The notes beneath the pieces are model-generated. The model was not told where the DNA came from. It did not search any database and saw only the letters and a program-made list of their open reading frames with translations. Positions 1-13,499 of a DNA stretch of 64,000 nt are shown here, one piece after another. The stretch comes from Eledone cirrhosa (taxonomy: Eukaryota), in contig OZ024755.1 of assembly GCA_964016885.1 (NCBI GenBank), forward strand, positions 31,248,001 to 31,312,000. Direction: 5' to 3'. The first letter of the stretch is position 1. Each line of letters begins with the position of its first letter. A program made the position numbers and the translations under genes.

Positions 1-3000
1 TTGTAGTGATGGAGGTGATAGTGCAGGCTGTAGTGATGGAGGTGATAGTGCAGGTTGTAGTGATGGAGGTGATAGTAAAGGTTGTAGTGATGGAGGTGAT
101 AGTGCAGGTTGTAGTGATGGAGGTGATAGTGCAGGTTGTAGTGATGGAGGTGATAGTGCAGGTTGTAGTGATGGAGGTGATAGTGCAGGTTGTAGTGATG
201 GAGGTGATAGTGCAGGCTGTAGTGATGGAGGTGATAGTGCAGGTTGTAGTGATGGAGGTGATAGTGCAGGCTGTAGTGATGGAGGTGATAGTGCAGGCTG
301 TAGTGATGGAGGTGATAGTGCAGGCTGTAGTGATGAAGGTGATAGTGCAGGCTGTAGTGATGGAGGTGATAGTAAAGGTTGTAGTGATGGAGGTGATAGT
401 GCAGGCTGTAGTGATGGAGGTGATAGTGCAGGTTGTAGTGATGGAGGTGATAGTAAAGGTTGTAGTGATGGAGGTGATAGTGCAGGCTGTAGTGATGAAG
501 GTGATAGTGCAGGCTGTAGTGATGGAGGTGATAGTGCAGGCTGTAGTGATGGAGGTGATAGTGCAGGTTGTAGTGATGGAGGTGATAGTGCAGGTTGTAG
601 TGATGGAGGTGATAGTGCAGGTTGTAGTGATGGAGGTGATAGTGCAGGCTGTAGTGATGGAGGTGATAGTGCAGGTTGTAGTGATGGAGGTGATAGTGCA
701 GGTTGTAGTGATGGAGGTGATAGTGCAGGTTGTAGTGATGGAGGTGATACTGCAGGCTGTAGTGATGGAGGTGATACTGCAGGTTGTAGTGATGGAGGTG
801 ATAGTGCAGGTTGTAGTGATGGAGGTGATAGTGCAGGCTGTAGTGATGGAGGTGATAGTGCAGGTTGTAGTGATGGAGGTGATAGTGCAGGTTGTAGTGA
901 TGGAGGTGATAGTGCAGGTTGTAGTGATGGAGGTGATAGTGCAGGTTGTAGTGATGGAGGTGATAGTGCAGGTTGTAGTGATGGAGGTGATAGTGCAGGC
1001 TGTAGTGATGGAGGTGATAGTGCAGGCTGTAGTGATGGAGGTGATAGTGCAGGTTGTAGTGATGGAGGTGATAGTGCAGGCTGTAGTGATGGAGGTGATA
1101 GTGCAGGTTGTAGTGATGGAGGTGATAGTGCAGGTTGTAGTGATGGAGGTGATAGTGCAGGTTGTAGTGATGGAGGTGATAGTGCAGGTTGTAGTGATGG
1201 AGGTGATAGTGCAGGTTGTAGTGATGGAGGTGATAGTGCAGGTTGTAGTGATGGAGGTGATACTGCAGGTTGTAGTGATGGAGGTGATAGTGCAGGTTGT
1301 AGTGATGGAGGTGATAGTGCAGGCTGTAGTGATGGAGGTGATAGTGCAGGTTGTAGTGATGGAGGTGATAGTGCAGGTTGTAGTGATGGAGGTGATAGTG
1401 CAGGCTGTAGTGATGGAGGTGATACTGCAGGTTGTAGTGATGGAGGTGATAGTGCAGGCTGTAGTGATGGAGGTGATAGTGTAGGTTGTAGTGATGGAGG
1501 TGATACTGCAGGTTGTAGTGATGGAGGTGATAGTGCAGGCTGTAGTGATGGAGGTGATAGTGCAGGTTGTAGTGATGGAGGTGATACTGCAGGTTGTAGT
1601 GATGGAGGTGATAGTGCAGGTTGTAGTGATGGAGGTGATAGTGCAGGTTGTAGTGATGGAGGTGATAGTGCAGGTTGTAGTGATGGAGGTGATACTGCAG
1701 GTTGTAGTGATGGAGGTGATAGTGCAGGTTGTAGTGATGGAGGTGATAGTGCAGGCTGTAGTGATGGAGGTGATAGTGCAGGTTGTAGTGATGGAGGTGA
1801 TAGTGCAGGTTGTAGTGATGGAGGTGATAGTGCAGGTTGTAGTGATGGAGGTGATACTGCAGGTTGTAGTGATGGAGGTGATAGTGCAGGCTGTAGTGAT
1901 GGAGGTGATAGTGCAGGCTGTAGTGATGGAGGTGATACTGCAGGTTGTAGTGATGGAGGTGATAGTGCAGGCTGTAGTGATGGAGGTGATAGTGCAGGTT
2001 GTAGTGATGGAGGTGATAGTGCAGGCTGTAGTGATGGAGGTGATAGTGCAGGCTGTAGTGATGGAGGTGATACTGCAGGTTGTAGTGATGGAGGTGATAG
2101 TGCAGGCTGTAGTGATGGAGGTGATAGTGCAGGTTGTAGTGATGGAGGTGATAGTGCAGGTTGTAGTGATGGAGGTGATAGTGCAGGTTGTAGTGATGGA
2201 GGTGATACTGCAGGTTGTAGTGATGGAGGTGATAGTGCAGGTTGTAGTGATGGAGGTGATAGTGCAGGCTGTAGTGATGGAGGTGATACTGCAGGTTGTA
2301 GTGATGGAGGTGATAGTGCAGGCTGTAGTGATGGAGGTGATAGTGCAGGCTGTAGTGATGGAGGTGATAGTGCAGGTTGTAGTGATGGAGGTGATAGTGC
2401 AGGCTGTAGTGATGGAGGTGATACTGCAGGTTGTAGTGATGGAGGTGATAGTGCAGGTTGTAGTGATGGAGGTGATACTGCAGGCTGTAGTGATGGAGGT
2501 GATAGTGCAGGCTGTAGTGATGGAGGTGATACTGCAGGTTGTAGTGATGGAGGTGATAGTGCAGGCTGTAGTGATGGAGGTGATAGTGCAGGTTGTAGTG
2601 ATGGAGGTGATAGTGCAGGTTGTAGTGATGGAGGTGATAGTGCAGGCTGTAGTGATGGAGGTGATACTGCAGGTTGTAGTGATGGAGGTGATAGTGCAGG
2701 CTGTAGTGATGGAGGTGATAGTGCAGGCTGTAGTGATGGAGGTGATACTGCAGGTTGTAGTGATGGAGGTGATAGTGCAGGCTGTAGTGATGGAGGTGAT
2801 ACTGCAGGTTGTAGTGATGGAGGTGATAGTGCAGGCTGTAGTGATGAAGGTGATAGTGCAGGCTGTAGTGATGGAGGTGATAGTGCAGGTTGTAGTGATG
2901 GAGGTGATAGTGCAGGTTGTAGTGATGGAGGTGATACTGCAGGCTGTAGTGATGGAGGTGATAGTGCAGGTTGTAGTGATGGAGGTGATACTGCAGGCTG

Positions 3001-3232
3001 TAGTGATGGAGGTGATAGTGCAGGCTGTAGTGATGGAGGTGATAGTGCAGGCTGTAGTGATGGAGGTGATACTGCAGGCTGTAGTGATGGAGGTGATACT
3101 GCAGGTTGTAGTGATGGAGGTGATAGTGCAGGTTGTAGTGATGGAGGTGATAGTGCAGGTTGTAGTGATGGAGGTGATAGTGCAGGCTGTAGTGATGAAG
3201 GTGATAGTGATACTGCAGGCTCTAGTGATGAA
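1..3232. repeat. 27-bp minisatellite (TTGTAGTGATGGAGGTGATAGTGCAGG)n, roughly 120 copies, running off the window edge
   Basis: Direct periodicity. The long VVMEVIVQ ORFs are a by-product of the repeat. Confidence 0.97.
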
Positions 3233-3451
3233 GATAACTTCAATAAATGATAAAATACACAACTTATGACCCTGGTTTCTTTTTCTCTCAAAATCGAAAA
3301 ACATTCATAACTTTTGAACCAGAATTGCAAAACTACCAAACTCTAGTTTATCCTACTCGTCAAAGCTGTATCTCCCAATAACATCAAAACATTATGTTAA
3401 CAGCCTTAATGGTGTCATGGACTGTCAATACATTAGTAGAGCATAAACGTC

Positions 3452-3585
3452 AAGTTTAATATAAAAATGGCTTCTACTGGAGTAGAACTGTTTCATTCGA
3501 AAGAAATCATTAGGAAAACTTTCCTGATGATTTCTTTCGAATGAAACAATTCTAGTCCTGTAAAAGCCATTTTTATATTAAACTT
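3452..3585. repeat. Fold-back palindrome (arms about 65 bp) with hammerhead-like core
   Basis: aagtttaatataaaaatggctt...aagccatttttatattaaactt. CTGATGA at 3524, GAAAC at 3543, GTC at 3555. Same family as 51891-51981. Confidence 0.8.
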
Positions 3586-4040
3586 AATACCCGCCGTCAC
3601 ATATCTGTATATCTGTATATCTTAATTGAAGGTGAATAGTTTAATCAGTAAATAATAAAGTACTTAATCCAGCAGGTAAATATTTACCTAGAAATTGTAG
3701 TCAGAGAGTCCTACAGAAAGATAGTTCGCACTTTTGTATCCTACTTGACAGATAAATCCCTCTCCCGCTCTCTTTTCTAATCAATAGTTGGTTAAGTCAG
3801 GTGAACTCTCCAGTTTATTGATCTTCTACTAAAGCCTATTGTTTTCCTTTCTTTTTCACTTTGTTCCTCTTCAACTAAGCTGTATCTGGTGTGTTTACAG
3901 TAGCACTTACACCATATGTTACATCATAACATCATTTTATTTATTCTCTTCGCCTCTCTCTCCCATGCTGTAAAGTGGTGCTGGTGTTAGGAAGGGTATC
4001 CAACCAGTATATATATACTAGTGCCAAACACTATGAATGC

Positions 4041-7000
4041 AACAACTGCATAAACAGCAATAACACTAGCCATGTTAGGGCTGCGCACGGTAGTTGGGTG
4101 GCTAGTGAGGCCATGTGTGAGAACCCCATGACCGTCATCAAGCAATCGCACAAAAACAACTGCATAAACAGCAATAACACTAACCATGTTAGGGCTGCAC
4201 ACGGTAGTGGGGTGGCTAGTGAGGCCATGTGTGAGAACCCCACGACCGTCATCAAGCAATCACACAACAGGAATAAGAACAAGACGTCGCATCTCAGAGT
4301 TGCCACACTTAATGTTGGCACTCTAACAGGTAGATCTGGTGGAGATGCTGGAGAGAAGGCATGTGGATGTGTGCTGTGTGCAAGAGGTGAGATGGAGAGG
4401 TGCCTCTGCAAGTCTAATCGCAGGCAAACATTGTAGTTATAAGCTTTTCTGGGTGGGTAATGATGATGGGTTAGGTGGGGTGGGCATATTATTGGCTGAG
4501 AGATGGATCAATAAGACAATAGAGGTAGTTAGCGTTAGTAATAGAATAATTAAGCTTAGATTAGTTGTAGGCAGGAGACTACTGACAATCATCTCTGCCT
4601 ATGCTCCCCAGGCAGGCCTAAGTAAAGAAGAGAAAGACTGCTTTTACGAGCAACTTTTACAAACAGCCCCAATAACAGAGGACAGAAACATCGTTATGCT
4701 AGCAGGGGACTTCAATGGGCATGTTGGGTACACTGGGATACATGGTGGGCACGGTTACGGCTCAAGAAATGAAGGAGTGAGGCTTCTTGAATTTTGTGAT
4801 GCAAGTGCACTAACCATTTGCAACACTAACTTCAAGAAACCTACCAAGCAACTAATAACTTACAAATCGGGCGAGCACATAAGCCAGATTGACTTCCTGC
4901 TAGTTAGACAGCAAGACAGACAGATGGTGTCAAATACTAAGGCATACCCTGGGGAAGATTGTACCCCCACAGCATAGGTTAGTCGTTAGTGACATCTCAG
5001 TAAGCACGAGAAAGAATGAGACATACAGGAAGGTGTGGAAAAGCAAGGTCTGGAAGCTAAAAGACTTTCATTAAAATATAAATTTAGCAAAGCCCTTCAA
5101 GACATGTATGACGAAAAAGAAGACGATTTAGATTTGTATGACATAGATGATAACTGGAATTTCTTGCGTGACAACTTACTGCAGGCTACTGAAGAAACTT
5201 GTGGTTGGGGCAGAGCTTCAACCAGACAGAGAGTGACCTGGTGGTGGAACAGCACGGTAGATAGGGCCATTAGAGTCAAAAGACTGGCATGGAAGGCTTG
5301 GAAAAACGGTGGGAGTAGGGAAGGATACACAGCCGCTAAGAGAGAAACTAGACGTCAGGTGTACTTAGCACGCAGGGAGGCTGAGTGTAGGAGGTTTGCC
5401 AATGTTCTGCGATGGGAAGATTAGAGACGTGCTGTGTTCCGTATTGCAAGGCAGTGTGACAGTGCAAATCAGGATCTTGTTGGAGATAAGTGTGTCTGGA
5501 ATGATGCCGGTGTACTTAGTGTCACAAATGATAAAAAAAGGAGGCCTGAAAATGTCACTATGAGAGACTGATGAATGTGGAGAACGAATGGGACAGAGAG
5601 AAATTACCCCCAGTAGACCCAACAGAGGGACCAGCTATTGAGATTGACGAATATAGGGTACAAGAGGCAATTAAGGAAATGAAGAATGGTAAGGCTGCTG
5701 GACCGTCGGGGATAGTTGCTGAGATGCTGAAGGCATCAGGAAAAGTAGGCACTAAACTGGTTGCATGCATCATCAATCAGGCTATATATGGTGGTGTCAT
5801 ACCCAAAGACTGGTGCAGCAGTATTCTCATAAATTGCTACAAAGGTAAATGGGATGCTCTATAGAGGAGCAATTATAGGGGCATAAAGCTGATGGATCAG
5901 GTTATGAAAGTGGCAGAGATAATATTAGCGCAACTGATTAGAGAAAGGGTCAAATTAGATGAGATGCAGTTTGGTTTTGTGCCCCAGAAAAGTACAAGAG
6001 ATGCCCTCTTCTTAGTGAGGCAATTACAAGAGAGGTTCTTAGAGAAGAATAAGCCATTATACTTAACTTTTGTTGATCTAGAGAAGGCCTTTGATAGGGT
6101 ACTCCAATCTGTCATCTAGTGGTCCCTAAAGAAACTAGGTGTAGAGGAATGGCTTGTGAGGACAGTGCAAGCTATGTACAGGGGTGCTGTCAGTAAAGTG
6201 AGAGTAGGAATGGAGTTTAGTGAGGAATTCCAGATACAAGTAGGTGTACATCAGGGTTCGGTTCTCAGCCAGCTCTTGTTCATTATAGTCCTCCAAGCCA
6301 TAACAGAGGAGTCTCAGACTGTCTGCCCATGGGAACTTCTCTATGCTGATGATCTGGTTCTTGTAGCAGAATCAGCAGAGGAGCTAGAGAATAAATTCTG
6401 GCTATGGAAACAGCAGTTGGAATCAAGAGGTCTGAGAGTGAACATAGTTAAGACAAAAGTGTTGATAAGTAGAAGAGAGGACAATACTCTGGCCATGTGC
6501 AGGTGGGTTCATAGAAATGGTTAATAGCTTCCGGTACCTAGGTGATCAGATTAGTAGGGGGGGGGGAGTGTTCCGAGGCCATAGTATCTAGAATGATGGG
6601 TTAGAAGAAATTTGGGGAGCTGCTTCCTCTGTTGACAAAGAAGGATTTCTCCCTGCGTACAAAAGGACGGTTATATGATGCCTGTATGAGATGCACGATG
6701 CTGCATGGTAGTGAGACATGGGCAGCAACTGTAGAGGATATGCAACGGCTGAAGAGAAATGAAACAAGTATGCTCTATTGGATGTGCAATGTCAATGTGC
6801 GTGAACGACCAAGCATAGACAAGTTGAGAAAGAAACTGGGTATAAGAGGGATAAGTTGTGGTGTGCAGGAGAGAAGGCTGAGATGGTATGGACATGTGAT
6901 GCGCATGGAAGATGACCGCTGGGTAAAGAAGTGCGAAGAAATCCCAGTTGAAGGAAGACGCAGTAGAGGTAGACCACGAAAAACATGGGTGGAGGTGGTG

Positions 7001-7141
7001 AGAGTAGACCTCAGATCGCTGAAGCTCACCGAGGAGATGACGAAGGACCGTGACAAGTGGAGAGATGCTGTGCTGAATAGGACCCGTCCAACCCTTGCAA
7101 GCAGGGAAAAGCGGACGTATGATGATGATGATGATGATGAT
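4041..7141 (+). mobile_element. Near-full-length degenerate RTE-clade LINE (family A): APE endonuclease + RT, (GAT)n tail
   Basis: APE motifs ATLNVGTL, CCVQEVRW, SAYAPQ, GDFNGH, QIDF. RT motifs FVDLEKAFD, GVHQGS, LYADD. Several frameshifts and stops. 114-bp tandem duplication at the 5' end (4041/4155). Confidence 0.93.
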
Positions 7142-7649
7142 ATATATAGTTCAAGAATAGACATGAAAAACACAGTCTTATTAGTTTCACATTTAGGAAG
7201 AAGTGAATGAAGGTTTCGACATGTTGGACATAAGTCCTTTTTCAGAAAATGGAGAGTTTGGAGAGAGAAAAGGTTGGAACAAATCGAGCAGGGCAATCAA
7301 GAATAGTTTAATATGATCAGCAACCTAACAATCATTTGTGTTTGCTGTGAAAGATTTTTTATGTGAAAATGTGTGTTGAAACAGATATTGTTATACTTTG
7401 GGAGGGTCATGCTTTGAATAAAAGCACATGCACCTAGTTTTGTTGGTAGTCTCCACTGTAACTCAACCACAAACCTATCAGAGAGTGGCTGGTGCTTGGA
7501 CAGTTTATCCTCTTTTCCCTTGAGGGCAGCAAGGTTTGAGCTGGTAGCCGAATGCACCAGGTTGCTGCTTGAGAAGGTGTAACACCGTGTAGCATCTCTG
7601 ATGAGGGGCCTTCCCTTCTAATTTCTGGCATATTTGTGTATTATTGTAG

Positions 7650-7862
7650 TCAGCCCACAGAAGACACCAGAGTCCACACAACCTGTCAATGATCAGACAA
7701 CACTAAACCAGTCAGTCTGCCAAGTTAATGGGGTAAACCAATGTGAAGAAAATGAGGAATGTGTAGCAATAAACCAAACAAGTGAAGGTATATGTCTGTG
7801 TAAGGCTGGTTTCTTCAAGAGTCAAGCTTCTAAGTGTATACCTGATTCAAGCAGTGAATCTG
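7650..7862 (+). CDS. KIAA0319L: Exon 1 in window: EGF-like 6-Cys module
   Basis: ttgtag| acceptor and G|gtaagt donor, phase 1-1. Encodes SPQKTPES...CQVNGVNQCEENEECVAINQTSEGICLCKAGFFKSQASKCIPDSSSES. Confidence 0.8.
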
Positions 7863-7984
7863 GTAAGTAATTTTATATACATTTAACATTTTAACCATTT
7901 CATTACTAAATTTCTAATGAAAGACACTATCTATGTCATAGTGCCCCCAACCCCTCCCACTGCAAAGTGGCCGTGGAGGTGCCA

Positions 7985-10190
7985 GGCAGATAGTGTCTAA
8001 TACCAAGGCATACCCTGGGGAAGAATGTACCCCACAGCATAGGTTAGTCGTTAGTGATATCTCAGTAAGCAAGAGATGGAATGAGACATACAGGAAGGTG
8101 TGGAGAAGAAAGGCCTGGAAGCTAAAAGACCTTTCACTAAAATACAAATTTAGATGTATATGACGAAAAAGAAGATGATTTAGAGACGTATGACATAGAT
8201 AATAACTGGAATTTCTTACGTGACAACTTGCTGCAGGCTACAGATGAAACTTGTGGCTGGAGCAGAGCTCCAACCAGACAGAGAGTGACCTGGTGGTGGA
8301 ACAGCACTGTAGATAAGGCCATTAGAGTTGGAGATAAATGTGTCCGGGATGATGCCGGTGTACTTAGTGTCACGAATGATCAGAAAAAGGAGGCCTGGAA
8401 ATGTCATTATGAGAGACTGATGAATGTGGAGAACGAATGGGAGAGAGAGAAATTACCCTTAGTAGATCCGACAGAGGGACCAGCTATTGAGATTGATGAA
8501 TATAGGGTCCAAGAGGCGATTAAGGAAATGAAAAATGGTAAGGCTGCTGGACCATCAGGAATAGTTGCTGAGATGCTGAAGGCATCAGGAAAAGTAGGCA
8601 CTAAACTGGTTGCACGCATCATCAATCAGGCTATATATGGTGGTGTCATACCCAAAGACTGGTGCAGCAGTATTCTCATAAATTGCTACAAAGGTAAAGG
8701 GGATGCTCTGGAGAGGAGCAATTATAGGGGTATAAAACTGATGGATCAGGTTATGAAAGTGGCAGAAAGGATATTAGCACAACTAATTAGAGAAAGGGTC
8801 AAATTAGATGAGATGCAGTTTGGTTTTGTGCCTGGGAAGAATACAACAGATGCCCTCTTCTTGGTGAGACAATTGCAAGAGAGGTTCTTAGAGAAAAATA
8901 AGCCACTATACTTAGCCTTTGTTGACCTAGAGAAGGCCTTTGATAGGGTACCCCGATCTGTCATCTGGTGGTTCCTAAGGAAGCTAGGTGTTGAGGAATG
9001 GCTTGTGAGGACAGTGCAAACTTTGTACAGAGGTACTCTCAGTAAAGTGAGAGTAGGAATGGAGTTTAGTGAGGAATTCCAGATACAAGTAGGAGTACAT
9101 CAGGGTTCGGTCCTCAGCCAGCTCTTGTTCATTATAGTCCTCCAAGCCATAACAGAGGAGTTTAAGACTGGCTGTCCATGGGAACTTCTCTATGCTGACG
9201 ATCTGGTTCTTATAGCAGAATCAGTAGAGGAGCTAGAGAATAAATTCTGGCTATGGAAACAGCAGTTGGAAGCAAGAGGACTGAGAGTGAACCTAGCTAA
9301 GACAAAAGTGTTGATGAATAGAAAAGAGGACAAAACTCTGATTCTGTCAGGGAAATGGCCATGTTCGATATGCAGAAAAGGAACTGGCATAAATTCTATA
9401 AAATGCACACAATGCAGATCTTGGGTACACAAGAGATGTAGCGGGATAGCAGGCAAACTAACAAGTAGGGAGAAATATGTATGCAGTAGATGTACAGGGA
9501 AATTAGACAGTAGAAGTCGCATTGATAGACACATTTTTCAAATGCAGGAGGGCGCTATAGAAGTGGTGGATAGCTTCCGGTACCTAGGAGATCAGATTAG
9601 CATGGGAGGAGGGTGTTCCGGCGCCATAGTATCTAGAATAAGGACGGGTTGGAAGAAGTTTAGGGAGCTGCTTCCTCTGCTGACGAAGAAGGGTTTCTCC
9701 CTGCGTACGAAAGGCCGGTTGTATGATGCCTGTGTGAGGAGCGTGATGCTGCATGGTAGTGAGACATGGGCAACAACTGCAGAGGATATGCAACGGCTGG
9801 AGAGAAATGAGGCAAGCATGCTCTGTTGGATGTGCAGTGTAAATGTGCGTGAACGACCCAGCATAAATGTGTTGAGAGAGAAACTGTGTCTGAGAGGGAT
9901 AGAATGTAGTGTACAGGAGAGGAGACTGAGGCGGTATGGACATGTGATGCACATGGAGGATGACCGATGGGTGAAGAAGTGCCAGGAAATGACAGTTGAA
10001 GGAAGACGTGGTAGAGGTAGACCACGAAAAACATGGGCGGAGGTGGTGAGAACAGACCTCAGATCATTGAAGCTCACGGTGGAGATGACGAAGGACCGTG
10101 ACGAGTGGAAAGATGCTGTGCTGAATAAGACCCGGCCCACCCTTGCAAGCAGGGAAAAGCGGACGTAAAATTATGATGATGATGATGATG
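7985..10190 (+). mobile_element. 5'-truncated RTE LINE (family A); open RT ORF 8228-10168 with PHD-like finger
   Basis: 646-aa ORF with FVDLEKAFD, QGS, YADD and CSIC..CTQCRSWVHKRC..CSRC. Ends in a (GAT)n tail. Confidence 0.95.
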
Positions 10191-10504
10191 TCATCACCAT
10201 TTAGCATTCATTTTTCCATGTTTGCATGGGTTAGAGAAGTGACCCACATTGGAAGACAAGTCTGGCCAGGAATTTTACAGCTAGATGCCACGCTTCCTAA
10301 CAGCAACCACATTTACAGTGTGACATTGGATGGCACTGAGGAGGGACAGGCCAGCTGATCACACCGACACCTCCTCACAGTAGAGCCATAGTTCCGTTGG
10401 CTGCGCCTAACCCTTCATACAAGTGGACCCTCAGTTCAGCTGCCGCATGGCACCACTATGAGGAAGAACTGGCTAGTTGGCTGCACCAAACCCTTCAGAC
10501 AGCT

Positions 10505-11317
10505 GACCCTCATTTCAGGGGTCACATGGCACCACTGTGACCCTCAGTTCAGGTGTCACATGGCACCACTGTAACCCTCAGTTCAGGTGTCACATGGCAC
10601 CACTGTAACCTCCAGTTCAGGTGTCACATGGCACTACTGTGACCCTCAGTTCAGGTCACATGGCACCACGGTAACCCTCAGTTCAGGTGTCACATGGCAC
10701 CACTGTAACCCCCAGTTCAGGTGTCACATGGCACCACTGTGACCCTCAGTTCAGGTGTCACATGGCACCACGGTAACCCTCAGTTCAGGTCACATGGCAC
10801 CACTGTAACCCCCAGTTCAGGTTTCACATGGCACTAGTGTAACCCTCAGTTCAGGTGTCACATGGCACCACGGTAACCCTCAGCTCAGGTGTTGCATGGC
10901 ACTAGTGTGACCCTCAGTTAAGGTGTCACATGGCACCACGGTAACCCTCAGTTCAGGTGTCACATGGCCCCACTGTGACCCTCAGTTCAGGTGTCACATG
11001 GCACCACTGTGACCCTCAGTTCAGGTGTCACATGGCACCACTGTGACCCTCAGTTCAGGTGTCACATGGCACCACGGTAACCCTCAGTTCAGGTGTCACA
11101 TGGCCCCACTGTGACCCTCAGTTCAGGTGTCACATGGCACCACTGTGACCCTCAGTTCAGGTGTCACATGGCACCACTGTGACCCTCAGTTCAGGTGTCA
11201 CATGGCACCACTGTGACCCTCAGTTCAGGTGTCACATGGCACCACTGTGACCCTCAGTTCAGGTGTCACATGGCACCACTGTGACCCTCAGTTCAGGTGT
11301 CACATGGCACCACTATG
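10505..11317. repeat. 34-bp minisatellite (GACCCTCAGTTCAGGTGTCACATGGCACCACTGT)n, about 24 copies
   Basis: Direct periodicity. Confidence 0.95.
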
Positions 11318-11398
11318 AGAAACATATATAATAGATTTGTGACCTCATTATTATAAATCATTATTTTTACATCCGTTTTTTCATGCCTGCATGGCTTG

Positions 11399-11458
<60 letters not shown>

Positions 11459-11470
11459 ATATGTGCATAT

Positions 11471-11745
11471 ATCATCATCATCGTTTAACGTCTATCTTCC
11501 ACGCTACCATGGGTTTAGACGGGAATTGTTCCACTTGAGGCAAGATTGGTCGTCTTGCTTGTATGGGATTGTCTGGCATGTTTTCTACGGTTGGATGCCC
11601 TTCCTAACACCAACCACGTTTACAGTGTGGACTGGGAGGTTTTTACCGTGTTACCTACACGGCCTCATTACAGCGTGGACTGTGTTTGTTTTTTTTGTTG
11701 TAACACCTACACGACCTCATTTATTTAGGACTGAATGTTGTGGTA
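11471..11745 (-). mobile_element. SINE 3' fragment, (GAT)n-tailed family
   Basis: (CAT)n followed by ggatgcccttcctaacaccaacc, which is shared with other copies. Confidence 0.7.
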
Positions 11746-11782
11746 CCAACATATATTTATGTATATATATACATAAATATAT

Positions 11783-12116
11783 GGAGGCACATGGTTTAGT
11801 GGTTAGAGCATTGACCTTGTAATCGAAAGGTTGTGAGTTCAATTCTCAGACCGGGTGATGTGTTGTTTCCTTGAGCAAGACACTTTATTTCACATTGCTC
11901 CAGTTTACTCAGCTGTAGAAATGAGATGATAGGACTGGGGTCCCTATCATTCCACTGCAAAGTGGTCGTGGAGGTGCCACGGCAAAAAAAAGCACCCAGC
12001 ACTCACTGTAAATAAGGTTGGTGTTAGGAAGGGCATCCAGCTGTAGAATTCAAGCCAGAATCAGTTCCCGTCCCACCCTTGCAAGCAGGGAAAAGCGAAC
12101 ATAAAATGATGATGAT
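11783..12116 (+). mobile_element. Full-length tRNA-derived SINE with RTE-family-A 3' tail
   Basis: A-box-like TGGTTTAGTGG, B-box-like GAGTTCAATTC, central ccttgagcaagacacttt, and tail cccacccttgcaagcagggaaaagcg..(GAT)n matching the RTE ends. Confidence 0.88.
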
Positions 12117-13367
12117 ATGTATACACACACTAGACTCTGACTTGTTGAACGATGGGGAATTTAACGCCTATATTATACACTCACAATCATGGCATGCTAT
12201 GATTTGACAAAACATACTGAAACAAAAAGAAAAGGTCATAAAAACAAGATTAATAGCGTACAGAATGGTTCTTATTCTTTTTTTAAATGTTCCTTAAACA
12301 CAAAAGTATAAGTATATCTCACTCTGGTCTGAGGTCACACCTGTACACCCATACAGGTAAGGTACACATGAATTATTTGGATGTCATACCGGGTGACCAG
12401 TTTCAATGCCATGTTTGTCAAAAATCCTGAAGGATTGAAGTGGCACTGCAACATTCCTAATAGACAAGTAGAATATGGTGATAATGCTGAAATATTTATA
12501 GTTTGGGCTGTCATTGAAGATCTCATGCTAGTAATTATAGGTACAAGAAGAGGTGAAGGGTTTCATGCCTGCACCTGGCAGCACAGTGTCCTTGAGCAAG
12601 ATACTTCATTCCATGATGATTTTCATGATAGGACTGACACATCTACCATTAAAACAGCCAAGAATCCTATCATATGCAACCTTTTGTGAGGCCAGCTAAA
12701 CCTACATAGATGTGAACTGTAACACAGCAACAATATGATAGGACTGGGGACCCTACCATTGAAATATATAAAAAAAACATCCTATGAGATACCATCTTTT
12801 AGGAGGTCAATTAAACCGTGTGAGCTGTAACAACAGCACAATAGAACTGGAATCATTAAAACACTTGAGAAACCTCCCATAGAACCCTGTAGGAGGCCAG
12901 CTAAACCTTCATAGATGTGAGCTGTAACAGAACAACAATTTCAATTTCTAACATTATGGTCTCATGTGTAATAGAATGTTGTGTGTGGAGAAGGGACTTA
13001 CATATACTTTCTTCCCAACAAAGGGAAGCATTTTTTAATGAGGAGGGAATAGGAGGTAATTTTATATAAATATGCTAAATGTTTAACAAAAATTTCAGGA
13101 TTATTGTTTCACGAAATATAATGATATAATGACATGTACGTAGTGTTGTATATGTTTATAATGAAACAAAACCTCCCAGCAATATAGATTTTGTAGCACT
13201 TATGTGGCAGGTTCCAAGAAAAAATTAATGAAACCACACACACACACATATTTGTGTGTGTATGTATGTATGTATATATATATATATATATACTGATTTT
13301 GATGTATCTGGTCTTTAATGCGAAGAAATACTGATGATGGACAGTCCTGTTTCTCGCTCTTTTTTTC

Positions 13368-13405
<38 letters not shown>

Positions 13406-13499
13406 AACGATCGACTTTCGTCAAATCGGACCGAGGGAACAATGTTTCCGTTGGTCTTTCCAATTGCTAATACTATCTATCGGTCGCAACTCCAGGTAG

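Noticed and set aside
6-3269. 492-aa and 592-aa VVMEVIVQ ORFs
   Set aside because: They are translations of a 27-bp satellite, with no splice or domain evidence.
10505-11317. CRISPR-like regular repeats (also the 35-, 37- and 39-bp arrays)
   Set aside because: Head-to-tail units with no unique spacers, no cas genes and a eukaryotic context.
12335-12689. Short ORFs in apparently unique sequence
   Set aside because: No motif, and no in-phase exon fit to the host gene.
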